Shown piece after piece: positions 1 to 9,029 of a stretch of 64,000 bases of DNA. The stretch comes from a bacterium (lineage in GTDB: Bacteria > UBA8248): assembly GCA_965213625.1 (NCBI GenBank), contig CBDBZU010000004.1, forward strand, positions 2,176,001 through 2,240,000, written 5' to 3'. A program made the position numbers and the translations under genes. The first letter of the stretch is position 1. Every line of letters starts with the position of its first letter. Under the pieces are notes generated by a model, which saw nothing but the letters and a program-made list of their open reading frames with translations, was not told the DNA's origin and did not search any database.

Positions 1-2052
1 GGATGGATGGAGAGTCGCGACGTTCCAGCCGTGGCGCAGGAGCTTCGTCGCGTTGTTGAAGGTCGAACTCGCCCGGAAATAGGTTTTCGGCGTCAAGAGC
101 TGGAGCGGGTAGCTCGCTCCCTCGTCCGCCATATTTTCTTCGGGCGGGAAATGCGTGGGCGCGTGCTGCGGGATATCCTCCAAATAAACCTGCGCCCGCC
201 CGTGCGGGGTGTCGAGATCCCAGCCGGGAGCGGCGTCGGGAACGTCGAGGGTAATTTGCCCCTCGGCTTCGAGTTTTTCGATCGTGACATCCTTGAACCA
301 GGGGAAGCGCGCGTCCGCCCGCGCGGCTTCCAGGAGTTCTTCTATCCATTCCCTCGATGATTTCCAGGGGAGATGCGCGCCGTAGCCCATTTTTTCGGCC
401 AGGCGGCAGACGATCTCGAAATCATCGAGCGATTCCCCGCGCGGCGGCATGACGCCCGGCGTATAGAGCAGGATGTGTTTGGGATTCATCTCGCGGGCGA
501 GATGATAGAAGGTGCTGCCCGCCTCCATGCCCCCGGTGATTGCGCAGCGCTCGAGCCAGGTGGAGGCCGGCAACACCACGTCCGCGCATTTCGCCGTCGG
601 CGTCATGAAGACGTCCGCCACCGCGCAGAAATCCAGAGAGCGAAGGGCGCGCTCGGTCTTGTGGGCGTTTCCTGCTTGCCCGACCGGGTTGCCCCACATC
701 ACGAGCGCGGCGTGTACGGGACCACCGTGGGAGTCGGGGTTCAGGATTGCTTCCGCGGTCTGGCCTGTCGGGATGGTGCGCTTCACCGGATTGGGGACGG
801 CCCAGCGGTCGGACATCACCTCCGCGAGGCCGGTTCCATGCGCCGTGGCGGAGGCAAATCCCGTATCTCGCGCCCCGTGGCGCAACACGCCGCCCGATGC
901 GCCCGCCATGAGGTTCAGGATGTGCAGCGCGCGGACGGCCTGCTCCCCGTGTACGGTGCGCTGGTAAGACCCGTAGTAGACGATGACTTTGCCTTTTCGC
1001 ATCGCCTGGGCGATGGCGCGCACGTGCTCCGCCGAGACGCCGCACTCGCGCGCCGCGCGCTCGGGCGTCCAGGGTTCGGCGGCGTCGCGCAGGTAATCGA
1101 GCGCGGGCCTGCAACCGGTTCCGTTCACCTGGAACGTCCCGCTCAGGGCCGGTTTTGTACAGATGTCGAACGGCCTGGCCGAAGCGGTTTCTTCATCCCA
1201 TACGAGTGGCGCGCCACCCGGGTCCCGCACGAAGCGGCCGTCTTCTGTATCCACCAGGAACGCGGCGTTGCTTCTCACCCGGAGAAAATCCTCATCGATC
1301 GCGCCCTCAGCGAGCATGAGTCTTAAGACCGCCAGCGCAAGCGCCGTGTCCGTCGAGGGGCGAATCGGCACGTGCACTTCGCCGAAGCGTTCCACCGTCC
1401 GCGTGCGGAGGGGATCCACCACGATGAAGCGGGTTCCGTTCTTCTTGGCGCTCTGTAATGACTGGAGCAGGCCGCGGTATCCCGTCTCCACCGGGTTGTT
1501 GCCCCAAAGCACGATCCACTCGCAGTCGTCGGTCGGCTTGTTGTTCACCTGCCAGTGGCCGAAGACGTCGTCGCTCGCGCCGAGGAAGGCCTTCCAGCAC
1601 AGGCTACCGCGCATGTAGGGCTGTACGGCGCCGCCCCACATGTTCAAAAGCCGCATGATGGTGGCGGGGTCGGCGTCGCGTCCGCCGGGCAGGGTGTGCT
1701 GGGCGGAGTAGTGGTACATCATCACGGATTCGTTTCCGCCCTTCGCCTTGGCGGCCTCGAGCCCACGGGCTACGAGCTCGAGCGCCTCGTCCCAGGTCAC
1801 GCGCTCGAAGCGGTTCGCGCCGCCCGGTCCGGAACCCTTCGCGCCCACGCGCTTCATGGGGTAGAGGAGCCTGTCGGGATGATGATACCTGTCCGGCAAC
1901 TGGAACCCCTTGATGCAGGGCTTGATGCGCATCCTGGGATTCGCCCGGAAGGAGGTGATGGTTTCGCCGCTCGCTTCGACCTCGAAACTGCAGGGGTTGT
2001 TCCCGCAGTGGGGGGAGCAGAGCGTATATGTTTTTCGCGTTTCGTCAGACAT
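1..2052 (-). CDS. Molybdopterin-dependent oxidoreductase, DMSO reductase family, catalytic subunit (3' end runs off the window)
   Basis: Manual translation from ATG at 2052: MSDETRKTYTLCSPHCGNNPC...PCIKG...HPDRLLYPMKRVG...FERVTWDEALE...IVLWGNNPVET...FIVVDP..T...PIRPSTDTALALA. N-terminal Fe-S cysteines and MopB motifs. Absent from the ORF track because there is no stop in the window. Confidence 0.9.
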   Translation of the reverse strand, partial: MSDETRKTYTLCSPHCGNNPCSFEVEASGETITSFRANPRMRIKPCIKGFQLPDRYHHPDRLLYPMKRVGAKGSGPGGANRFERVTWDEALELVARGLEAAKAKGGNESVMMYHYSAQHTLPGGRDADPATIMRLLNMWGGAVQPYMRGSLCWKAFLGASDDVFGHWQVNNKPTDDCEWIVLWGNNPVETGYRGLLQSLQSAKKNGTRFIVVDPLRTRTVERFGEVHVPIRPSTDTALALAVLRLMLAEGAIDEDFLRVRSNAAFLVDTEDGRFVRDPGGAPLVWDEETASARPFDICTKPALSGTFQVNGTGCRPALDYLRDAAEPWTPERAARECGVSAEHVRAIAQAMRKGKVIVYYGSYQRTVHGEQAVRALHILNLMAGASGGVLRHGARDTGFASATAHGTGLAEVMSDRWAVPNPVKRTIPTGQTAEAILNPDSHGGPVHAALVMWGNPVGQAGNAHKTERALRSLDFCAVADVFMTPTAKCADVVLPASTWLERCAITGGMEAGSTFYHLAREMNPKHILLYTPGVMPPRGESLDDFEIVCRLAEKMGYGAHLPWKSSREWIEELLEAARADARFPWFKDVTIEKLEAEGQITLDVPDAAPGWDLDTPHGRAQVYLEDIPQHAPTHFPPEENMADEGASYPLQLLTPKTYFRASSTFNNATKLLRHGWNVATLHPS

Positions 2053-2215
2053 CGCCGCCTCTTCTCGCTTTCAACACAGGGATGCTTTACACGATTTCTT
2101 TAGCAAACTAACATAGGGCTTCTTTTGTTTCTGAGCAAATGGTGTTTGCCATCATAGAGCGGAACGCGACGACATCGCTTCCATCTACATCTGACCCTTC
2201 TGGAGGTAAGAGAGA

Positions 2216-3370
2216 ATGAGCACAGACGGAACAGCACAGGCCGAATTCGTGCCCCCCTCATGGGATACCAAGATGCCCTTGCCGTCCAATCCCGAGACGG
2301 GCGAGGACGCGAACGATTATTACACCATCGACTGCGAAGTGCATGTGATGCCCGAGGATTACCGGCGCTACATCAAGTATTTCGAGGGGACCAAAACCTT
2401 CGAGTACGCGCACAAGATGTGCAACCAGTGGCAGTGGATCGACCACAGGAACAACAGGCAGTCGGCCATGCACCCGGGCATGGACTGGCATATCGACAAG
2501 ATCATCGCCGACATGGACCGCTCGGGCGTGGACCAGATAGCCCTCATGCGCGAGTCGTTCATCGACACGGCGGGCGACAGCGCGCCGTTTTCCACGAACC
2601 AGCATGTCATCGACGCCATCGAGAAATACCCCGACCGCGTCATCGGCGTCTCGAACGTGGGACCGTTCTCCAAGCGCAAGACCAAGGATTTCCTCTGGGA
2701 GATGGAATACCTCCACGACAACTACAACTTCAAGTTCACCAAGTTCTATCAGCCGGAAGACTGCCCCATCAACGACCGCAGGCTCTGGCCCGCCTATGAG
2801 ATGTGCCAGGACAAGGGCATCGTCGCCTTCTTCCACACCGGCATCACCATCCGCCTGGGCCCGACGCGCTACACCCTGCCGATTCTGCTGGACGAGGTGG
2901 CGTCCGACTTCCCGGACCTCAAAATCGTGGCCTATCACGGAGGCTATCCCTACTGGGAAGACCTCATCATGCTGATGTGGAAGCACCCGAACGTGTACGT
3001 GAGCTACTCGATTCTTCTGCCCTGGCTCATGCGCGCGCCGCACCGGTTCGCCCACATGGTCGGCACGACGCTGCAGATCGTCGGCCCCGGCCGTTTCGTC
3101 TGGGGCAGCGACTGGCCCGCTTCGGACCCCTACCAGTCGGTCGAGGCGGTCCTCAAGCTCCAGATCGACGAGGAACTGCAGGAGAAGTGGGGATACCCCG
3201 CCATCACGAAACAGGACAAGGCGGATTTCCTGGGCGGCACGCTGGCGAGGCTTGCGGGCATCGACCCGGTGAAGAACCACCTGAAATTCCCCGGCATGAA
3301 CGGCTCGCCGGAGGGTAAGACGCCCGAGGGCGACATTACCCGCGCCATCATGGCGAAGCAGGGCAGCTAG
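2216..3370 (+). CDS. Amidohydrolase family protein (Amidohydro_2 / LigI-like TIM barrel)
   Basis: IDCEVH, FFHTG, DFPDLKIVAYHGGYP, FVWGSDWP motifs; GGAGG RBS upstream. Confidence 0.88.
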   Translation: MSTDGTAQAEFVPPSWDTKMPLPSNPETGEDANDYYTIDCEVHVMPEDYRRYIKYFEGTKTFEYAHKMCNQWQWIDHRNNRQSAMHPGMDWHIDKIIADMDRSGVDQIALMRESFIDTAGDSAPFSTNQHVIDAIEKYPDRVIGVSNVGPFSKRKTKDFLWEMEYLHDNYNFKFTKFYQPEDCPINDRRLWPAYEMCQDKGIVAFFHTGITIRLGPTRYTLPILLDEVASDFPDLKIVAYHGGYPYWEDLIMLMWKHPNVYVSYSILLPWLMRAPHRFAHMVGTTLQIVGPGRFVWGSDWPASDPYQSVEAVLKLQIDEELQEKWGYPAITKQDKADFLGGTLARLAGIDPVKNHLKFPGMNGSPEGKTPEGDITRAIMAKQGS

Positions 3371-3403
3371 CGGAACAGCCCGGCAACTTTGCCTGAAAGT
3401 ATG

Positions 3404-3436
3404 AAACCCCGTCCGGGTTCGCCCGGGCGGGGTTTT
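3404..3436. terminator. Probable bidirectional intrinsic terminator
   Basis: AAACCCCGTCCGGG-TTCG-CCCGGGCGGGGTTTT hairpin between convergent genes. Confidence 0.8.
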
Positions 3437-3496
3437 CTTGTTGAGAAAATCCGGCAGCGACGATTCAGGGTGGAGCGCTTTTGTTCCCGTGAACCC

Positions 3497-4249
3497 TCAC
3501 ATCTTCGCCATGATGAACTTGATCACCAGGCTCGTGGCGATAAAGAACAAGGCGACACGGATAATCCTGAAGAAAAGCGCCTGGTCGATGCGCTCGCGAA
3601 CCCGTATGCCCACCAGATACCCGATACCCACGGGGACGACCGCCAGCAGCCCTTCGATAAAACGAGGCTTCGTGTAAATGCCCTGGTGGGAAAGGCTCAG
3701 GACCATGATGGACATGCCCGCCGCGTTGAAGATGTTCATCAGGAAGATGAAGGGGTTTTTCGGCAGTCTCAGCATGCTGAAGTAAATCGTGCTGATGACG
3801 CCGCTGATGGTCGTTGTTCCGTATACGAAACCGAGCAGCGCGCCCATTCCTGCGGCCACGATTTTTTGCAGCCCCGCGCCCAGTTCCTTGAAGGAGCCGA
3901 GGCGGCTCTCCACGAGCAGGTAGGTATAGGCCATGACCCCCATCATCAAGCGAATGAAATCGGGGTCTCCGAATCCCAGGAACCACACCCCGACCGGAAC
4001 GAACGCCAGGGCGAACGGGAGATAGAGCGATATTTCCCTGATGGCGCGCCACTCCGCACGGAGGCGGTAGGCGTCGGCGATGTTCGAGAGGAGCAACGAG
4101 AACGCAAGCAGCGTGGCGACGTTTTGGGGGACGAGGAAGAGCGCTAAAAGCGGCGCGGCCACTAGGGGCGTGCCGAAACCTATCGAACCCTTGACGAATC
4201 CTCCCAGGAAGAGAACGCAAACGACGAAAACGACTTCCCACTCGCTCAT
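3497..4249 (-). CDS. Sulfite exporter TauE/SafE (TSUP) family membrane protein
   Basis: 250 aa, multiple TM segments, GGFVKGSIGFG..L...PLL N-terminal motif. Confidence 0.88.
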   Translation of the reverse strand: MSEWEVVFVVCVLFLGGFVKGSIGFGTPLVAAPLLALFLVPQNVATLLAFSLLLSNIADAYRLRAEWRAIREISLYLPFALAFVPVGVWFLGFGDPDFIRLMMGVMAYTYLLVESRLGSFKELGAGLQKIVAAGMGALLGFVYGTTTISGVISTIYFSMLRLPKNPFIFLMNIFNAAGMSIMVLSLSHQGIYTKPRFIEGLLAVVPVGIGYLVGIRVRERIDQALFFRIIRVALFFIATSLVIKFIMAKM

Positions 4250-4372
4250 GTGTATCTCAAGGAAATATAGAGGAGTCTATCTCAAAATGAACGGCGCTCG
4301 CGGTTTCCATCTATCCCGAGCCTGTGCGGGTATCTTGCCGGGGAATGGTTCCTTGGTCCTTCGAAACGCGCC

Positions 4373-5179
4373 TCAACCGGCGATGTCCTCGCCTCCGTCG
4401 ACCCGAATCAAATCGCCTGTCATCCATTGCGTGCCGGAGGTGGCCAGCGTCGCGATGGCGTCGGCTACTTTCTGCGGCGTCGTCAGCTCTCCGTGCGGGT
4501 TGATTTTTTTCGTGCCCTCGATCATCTCGGCGTTTCCGGGGATTTTCCGAAGGGCGGGCGTGTCCGTGACACCGGCCTGGATGCTGTTCGCCGTAATGCC
4601 CTTGTGGGCGAGTTCGACCGCGAGCTGGCGGATGTGGCTCTCGAGCGCGGCCTTGGCCGCCGATACGGCGCCGTACGTTTTCCAGATGCGGTGTCCGCCC
4701 GCGCTCGTCATGGCGTAGATGCGGCCACCGAAGCCCATGAGGCCGCGCCGTACGAGCGCCTGGCTCCAGTACACGAGGCTGTTCGCCATGACGTCCAGCG
4801 TCATTTCGAGTTGCCTGGGGGAGATGGCGTCTTTCTCTTCATCGGCGATGTAGGGCTTGAGGGTGCCGAAGGCCAGGCTGTGGAGCAGGATGCGCACCGC
4901 GCCCTCCGCGTTCTCGCCCAGGCGCTCCTGAACTTGATCCAGAACGCTTTCGCGCTCTTCATGGCCCGCCGCGTTCACGTTGAAATAAAGGGATTCCGCG
5001 CCGTTGTTCCTGATTTGCTCCCGAATGCGCTCCACGTTGGGCAGCGTGGCCTTCCTGTCGAGGTGAACGCCTAAGATGTTGACTCCCAGGCTCGAGAGCT
5101 TGAGCGCGTTCGCTTCGCCAAAGCCGCTGCTGGCCCCCAGGATGAGCGCCCAGCTTCCTGCCAAATCCGAGTTCGACAC
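4373..5179 (-). CDS. SDR oxidoreductase, enoyl-ACP reductase FabL-like
   Basis: ILGASSGFG, YGAVSAAKAALE, NSIQAGVTDTPAL, TGDLIRVDGG. GTG start at 5179 chosen from AAGGAG RBS. Confidence 0.85.
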   Translation of the reverse strand: MSNSDLAGSWALILGASSGFGEANALKLSSLGVNILGVHLDRKATLPNVERIREQIRNNGAESLYFNVNAAGHEERESVLDQVQERLGENAEGAVRILLHSLAFGTLKPYIADEEKDAISPRQLEMTLDVMANSLVYWSQALVRRGLMGFGGRIYAMTSAGGHRIWKTYGAVSAAKAALESHIRQLAVELAHKGITANSIQAGVTDTPALRKIPGNAEMIEGTKKINPHGELTTPQKVADAIATLATSGTQWMTGDLIRVDGGEDIAG

Positions 5180-5393
5180 GTCGTTCTTCTCCTTTTCAGG
5201 CTGTACGAGCACCACGTTTTTATTGTTTATAGCATATCCGTGTGGGGTTCGGGGCTGTCCCGTCAAGTTGGGCCTCACGAGCTTTGGTTGAGGTTGATTG
5301 CTCATCAACTCTCAGGTGTCGGTCGTAGACGGCCCCTAACAGGTATCGGTGGACGCGCCTGCCCTTAACCGCATCGGATATACCCTGGTATAG

Positions 5394-5421
5394 GTAGGAA
5401 CAGGTAGCAACCTGTCCCTAC
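5394..5421. repeat. GTAG-type REP-like palindrome
   Basis: GTAGGAACAGGTAGCAACCTGTCCCTAC; related copies at 26100-26139 and 37369-37416. Confidence 0.65.
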
Positions 5422-5482
5422 TTCGTAGCCCCAATAACCGCTCGTCTTCGTTGGAGGTTATCAATTCCGCCATGAGTAAATC

Positions 5483-5615
5483 CGCATTTCCCCGCATTTG
5501 CGATTGCGCCGATTAGAGCGCGAGCATGTATGATGTCGAAGCGAGTCGTTGCGTTCGAGGATAAGGAATTTCTGAAAATATAGGTAAATTCACGGGGTTT
5601 TTAGATAAATTCACG
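5483..5615 (+). repeat. Dispersed ~135-bp non-coding element, homologous to the reverse complement of 19710-19847
   Basis: Colinear blocks CGCATTTCCCCGCATTTGC, TGTATGATG, GCGAGTCG, GTTCGA, TAAATTCACGGGGTTT shared by both copies. Confidence 0.85.
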
Positions 5616-5848
5616 AGGTAAAAAATAAGTGAATGTATTGAATAATTTAATGGAAACTGCCATTTTTCGTGGTTTCGGGTTGCTGCCGTGAATACTCGAT
5701 TTCGACCGTTCGGAGTGCTAGTGAATTTTGTGTTGGACGATAGAGAAATAGAATGGTAAATTTCAATTTGTCTTGTTAGAAGAGCGTTTTGACCTCGTTG
5801 GAGTAAGAAGACGAGCGAGGCATGGATTTTATAGGGAGAATGCGACAC

Positions 5849-6142
5849 ATGCGAAAAATAGCTGGTATCTTTCTGACGGTTGGAATGGTTTTCGTAGTTG
5901 CGGGATGCTCGACGCCCGAGCAAAATGTCTGGTTTAAGCGCGGCGTAGGCGTAAAGATGGACCAGGCGGTGAAAGACCTGAAGAATTGTGCGATGAAGGA
6001 AGAGTTCATATACGATGCGAAGGCCAAAGGCGGCCCCGAAGTGACCAGTTCCGCTTCGTCTTATGCGCAGAGCAATTTCGATTCGTGCATGATGGCCAAG
6101 GGCTTCAAAAAGAAGAAAATGATGAAGAAGATGATGAAATAA
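5849..6142 (+). CDS. Hypothetical lipoprotein with Lys/Met-rich tail
   Basis: Signal peptide with lipobox VAG-C; GGGAG RBS; ends KKKKMMKKMMK. Confidence 0.7.
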   Translation: MRKIAGIFLTVGMVFVVAGCSTPEQNVWFKRGVGVKMDQAVKDLKNCAMKEEFIYDAKAKGGPEVTSSASSYAQSNFDSCMMAKGFKKKKMMKKMMK

Positions 6143-6311
6143 GTTCCGAGAGCGCGCGCGGCGACCCTGCCGTGGAATCAAGGTATACTCCCGGCGTTCT
6201 CTCCTCAGGATTTATGGCAAACCTCGATAAGAACCGGAGAAATACGTTCTCCGGTTCTTTCGTTATCGGGCGTGAGTGTAAATAACGAATATCTAAGATC
6301 AGGAGATAAGA

Positions 6312-6872
6312 ATGAGCCAGGAGCAGGGCCCAACCCGCCGGGAAGTCGAGCAGGCGGCCGATCTGAAAACTTTTGAAGACCACCGCGCCGAGGGGCCTGA
6401 CGCCGTTACGTGCGGCGTGCTCACTGTGAGCGACACGCGCACGGAAGAAAGCGACACAAGCGGAAAGTTGATCATGAACATGCTGAGCGACATGGGACAC
6501 AAGGTCGCCTTCTACCGCATCGTGAAGGATGAACCGGACCAGATTCGTGAAGCGCTGCTCGAAGCGTGCGCGAACCCGGATATCCAGGTGGTGATATCGA
6601 ACGGGGGGACGGGCATCACCAAGCGGGATACGACGTACGACGTCGTCGTTTCTATCTTGGAGAAGGAAATGCCCGGCTTCGGCGAGTTGTTCCGTCACGT
6701 GAGTTTCGAGGAAATCGGTACGGCCGCCATGCTAACCCGCGCAACGGCGGGGACTTGTAGGGACACCATCATCATGACGCTTCCCGGCTCGGGAAACGCC
6801 TGTCGCACGGGAATGGAAAAAATCATCCTGCCCGAGATCAGCCACATGGTGCGGGAGGTCCTGAAACCATAA
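6312..6872 (+). CDS. moaB: Molybdenum cofactor biosynthesis protein MoaB/MogA
   Basis: VLTVSDTR..DTSG, NGGTGITKRDTT, LPGS motifs. Confidence 0.92.
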   Translation: MSQEQGPTRREVEQAADLKTFEDHRAEGPDAVTCGVLTVSDTRTEESDTSGKLIMNMLSDMGHKVAFYRIVKDEPDQIREALLEACANPDIQVVISNGGTGITKRDTTYDVVVSILEKEMPGFGELFRHVSFEEIGTAAMLTRATAGTCRDTIIMTLPGSGNACRTGMEKIILPEISHMVREVLKP

Positions 6873-7013
6873 GGGCTTCCGTCAAGGGTCTGAGGCGCCG
6901 CCCCCGGCTTGATGAGAAATCACTCAATCGGCACCGGAATTCGGCCATGTATCGGGCGAAATGGAGAATATGCCCCGATTGGTTCTCATGGTTGCGTTTT
7001 CACGTCCTTCAAG

Positions 7014-7042
7014 TTGACACGAGATATTCAAAAGACTAGTTT
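7014..7042 (+). promoter_or_regulatory. Putative sigma70 promoter of coaD-aspC
   Basis: TTGACA-N17-TAGTTT. Confidence 0.55.
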
Positions 7043-7098
7043 TAACGCGCATTTTGCGCAGGTTTTGGCTCCTTTCGTTTGATATGAGGTTCGTTTCC

Positions 7099-7584
7099 AT
7101 GGAAAGTCACGCGGTATACCCGGGAACCTTCGATCCGCCGACGAAAGGGCATTTCGACGTCGTTCGCCGGACCCAAAGGCTTTTTGCGAAAGTTACCGTG
7201 GCCATTTCCGTTCATCCTTCGAAAACGCCCCTGTTCAGTTTCGAGGAGCGCAAGAATTTTTTCCTGGAAGAATTCAGGGAATCAAACCAGATTGAGATCA
7301 TAAGCTTCGAGCGTGAACTGCTCGTGGATTTCGCCGTGAATGTGAATGCCCAGGCCATTATTCGTGGTCTGCGCGCCGTGAGCGATTTTGATTATGAGAT
7401 GCAGATGACGCTCATGAACAGAAGGCTGAACGAGGAGATCGAAACGATTTTCCTCATGCCCAGCGAACAATACAGTTTCCTGAGTTCCAGCCTCGTCAAG
7501 GAAGTCGCCTCGCTCGGCGGAGACGTAAGTGAACACGTATCCCCATCCGTCCGGGATGCGCTCGACGAGCGGTTCCGCAGCTAA
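7099..7584 (+). CDS. coaD: Phosphopantetheine adenylyltransferase
   Basis: YPGTFDPPTKGH, IIRGLRAVSDFDYE, LSSSLVKEVA. Confidence 0.97.
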   Translation: MESHAVYPGTFDPPTKGHFDVVRRTQRLFAKVTVAISVHPSKTPLFSFEERKNFFLEEFRESNQIEIISFERELLVDFAVNVNAQAIIRGLRAVSDFDYEMQMTLMNRRLNEEIETIFLMPSEQYSFLSSSLVKEVASLGGDVSEHVSPSVRDALDERFRS

Positions 7585-7611
7585 AATCATATTCTAACCC
7601 TGGAGTTTCTC

Positions 7612-8808
7612 ATGCGTTTTGCATCCCGAATGAGCAAGTTGCCTCCGATTCCCACGCTGGCGATGAACACCAAGGCGGCGGAAATGAAGGCGCAAGGCGT
7701 CGACGTCATCTCGTTCGCTGCGGGAGAGCCTGATTTCGATACACCGGATCACATTAAGGAAGGGGCCATTCAGGGTCTGCGCGACGGCGCCACGAAATAC
7801 ACGGCGGTCCGGGGCATTCCCGCCTTGAGAGAGGCGATTAGCGATTGGGTAGAGGAGCACAAGGGTCTTAAATATGACCCGAAAACGGAAGTGATCGTCA
7901 CCGTGGGCGGGAAGCAATCGGTATTCAACGCCTTGCACGTTCTTGTGGAAGAGGGCGATGAGGTCGTCATCCCCGCGCCCATCTGGGTGGCTTATGAACC
8001 CGTCGCCACCCTGACCGGGGCGAAAGCGGTACTGGTTCAGACGAGCGAGGAAAACGGCCATAAAATGACGGCCGAGCAGTTGCGCGAAGTCGTCTCCGAG
8101 CGAACGAAAATCGTGGTGATTAACAGCCCGTGCAACCCTTCGGGCTGCGTGTACAGCCGCGGGGAGTTGGAAGCGATCGCCGAGGTGGTCTTATCCACCG
8201 ATGCGATGGTCATGTCCGATGAGATTTACGGGAAAATCACCTATGACGGCGAGGAGCATTTCTCGATAGCCGGCTTTTCCGACGAAATGAAGGCGCGCAC
8301 GCTCGTTCTGGACGGTTTTTCGAAAACGTATGCGATGACGGGCTGGCGCTTGGGGTATACCCTCGCGAGCGCGGAAATCGTAGAGGCCATGGACACGCTG
8401 CAGGGCCAGAGCACGAGCAACGCCACTTCCTTCGCCCAAAACGGGGGGGTTGCGGCCCTCAGGGGATCGCATGAATTCCTGAACGAATGGCTCGCGCAAT
8501 ACGACGCGAGAAGAAGGGCGATTGTCGAGGGATTCAACTCTATCGACGGGCTCAGCGTCGTGAACCCCAAGGGCGCGTTCTACGCCTTCCCCAGGGTGAG
8601 CGACGTATTCGGGCGTCAGGGACCGGACGGAGTATTAAAAAATTCAATGGATGTGGGGCTGTATCTCCTCGAACACGCCCACTGCGCCGGCGTTCCCGGC
8701 GCGGGTTTCGGCAATGATAATTACGTGCGTTTCTCCTACGCGACTTCTCTGGAAAACGTAAAAGAGGGAATCGAACGAATCAGAGCGGCCTTGGGACAAC
8801 TTGGTTGA
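7612..8808 (+). CDS. aspC: Aspartate aminotransferase (class I/II PLP enzyme)
   Basis: AGEPDFDTP, NSPCNPSG, DEIY, DGFSKTYAMTGWRLGY. Confidence 0.92.
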   Translation: MRFASRMSKLPPIPTLAMNTKAAEMKAQGVDVISFAAGEPDFDTPDHIKEGAIQGLRDGATKYTAVRGIPALREAISDWVEEHKGLKYDPKTEVIVTVGGKQSVFNALHVLVEEGDEVVIPAPIWVAYEPVATLTGAKAVLVQTSEENGHKMTAEQLREVVSERTKIVVINSPCNPSGCVYSRGELEAIAEVVLSTDAMVMSDEIYGKITYDGEEHFSIAGFSDEMKARTLVLDGFSKTYAMTGWRLGYTLASAEIVEAMDTLQGQSTSNATSFAQNGGVAALRGSHEFLNEWLAQYDARRRAIVEGFNSIDGLSVVNPKGAFYAFPRVSDVFGRQGPDGVLKNSMDVGLYLLEHAHCAGVPGAGFGNDNYVRFSYATSLENVKEGIERIRAALGQLG

Positions 8809-9029
8809 TGCATAGCTTGGGGCGCGCTCTTCAGATTCTCGCCATGGTGGATTGCGGGATTGCCTTGCTCATAGGCATTTCTAATCCTTCGGCCTATGCC
8901 ATCCAACTCGTCATTTTGGGCTCCGCGGTCATTTTGTTTTCTCTTGGGCGTCTGGCTCAGAAAAAGGCGAACACGACTGCGACTTCAATCGGTGAACACA
9001 AGCAATCAACCATTTCTGAGAGTGAGTGA
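8808..9029 (+). CDS. Small hypothetical membrane protein (2 TM)
   Basis: ATG overlaps the aspC TGA; two hydrophobic segments. Confidence 0.6.
   Translation: MHSLGRALQILAMVDCGIALLIGISNPSAYAIQLVILGSAVILFSLGRLAQKKANTTATSIGEHKQSTISESE

Noticed and set aside
373-2103. Several long plus-strand ORFs (373-1326, 1555-2103 and others)
   Set aside because: Antisense shadows of the minus-strand Mo-oxidoreductase; no motifs. The same applies to most overlapping ORFs in this GC-rich window, e.g. 31339-32964, 43671-45041, 61278-62468.
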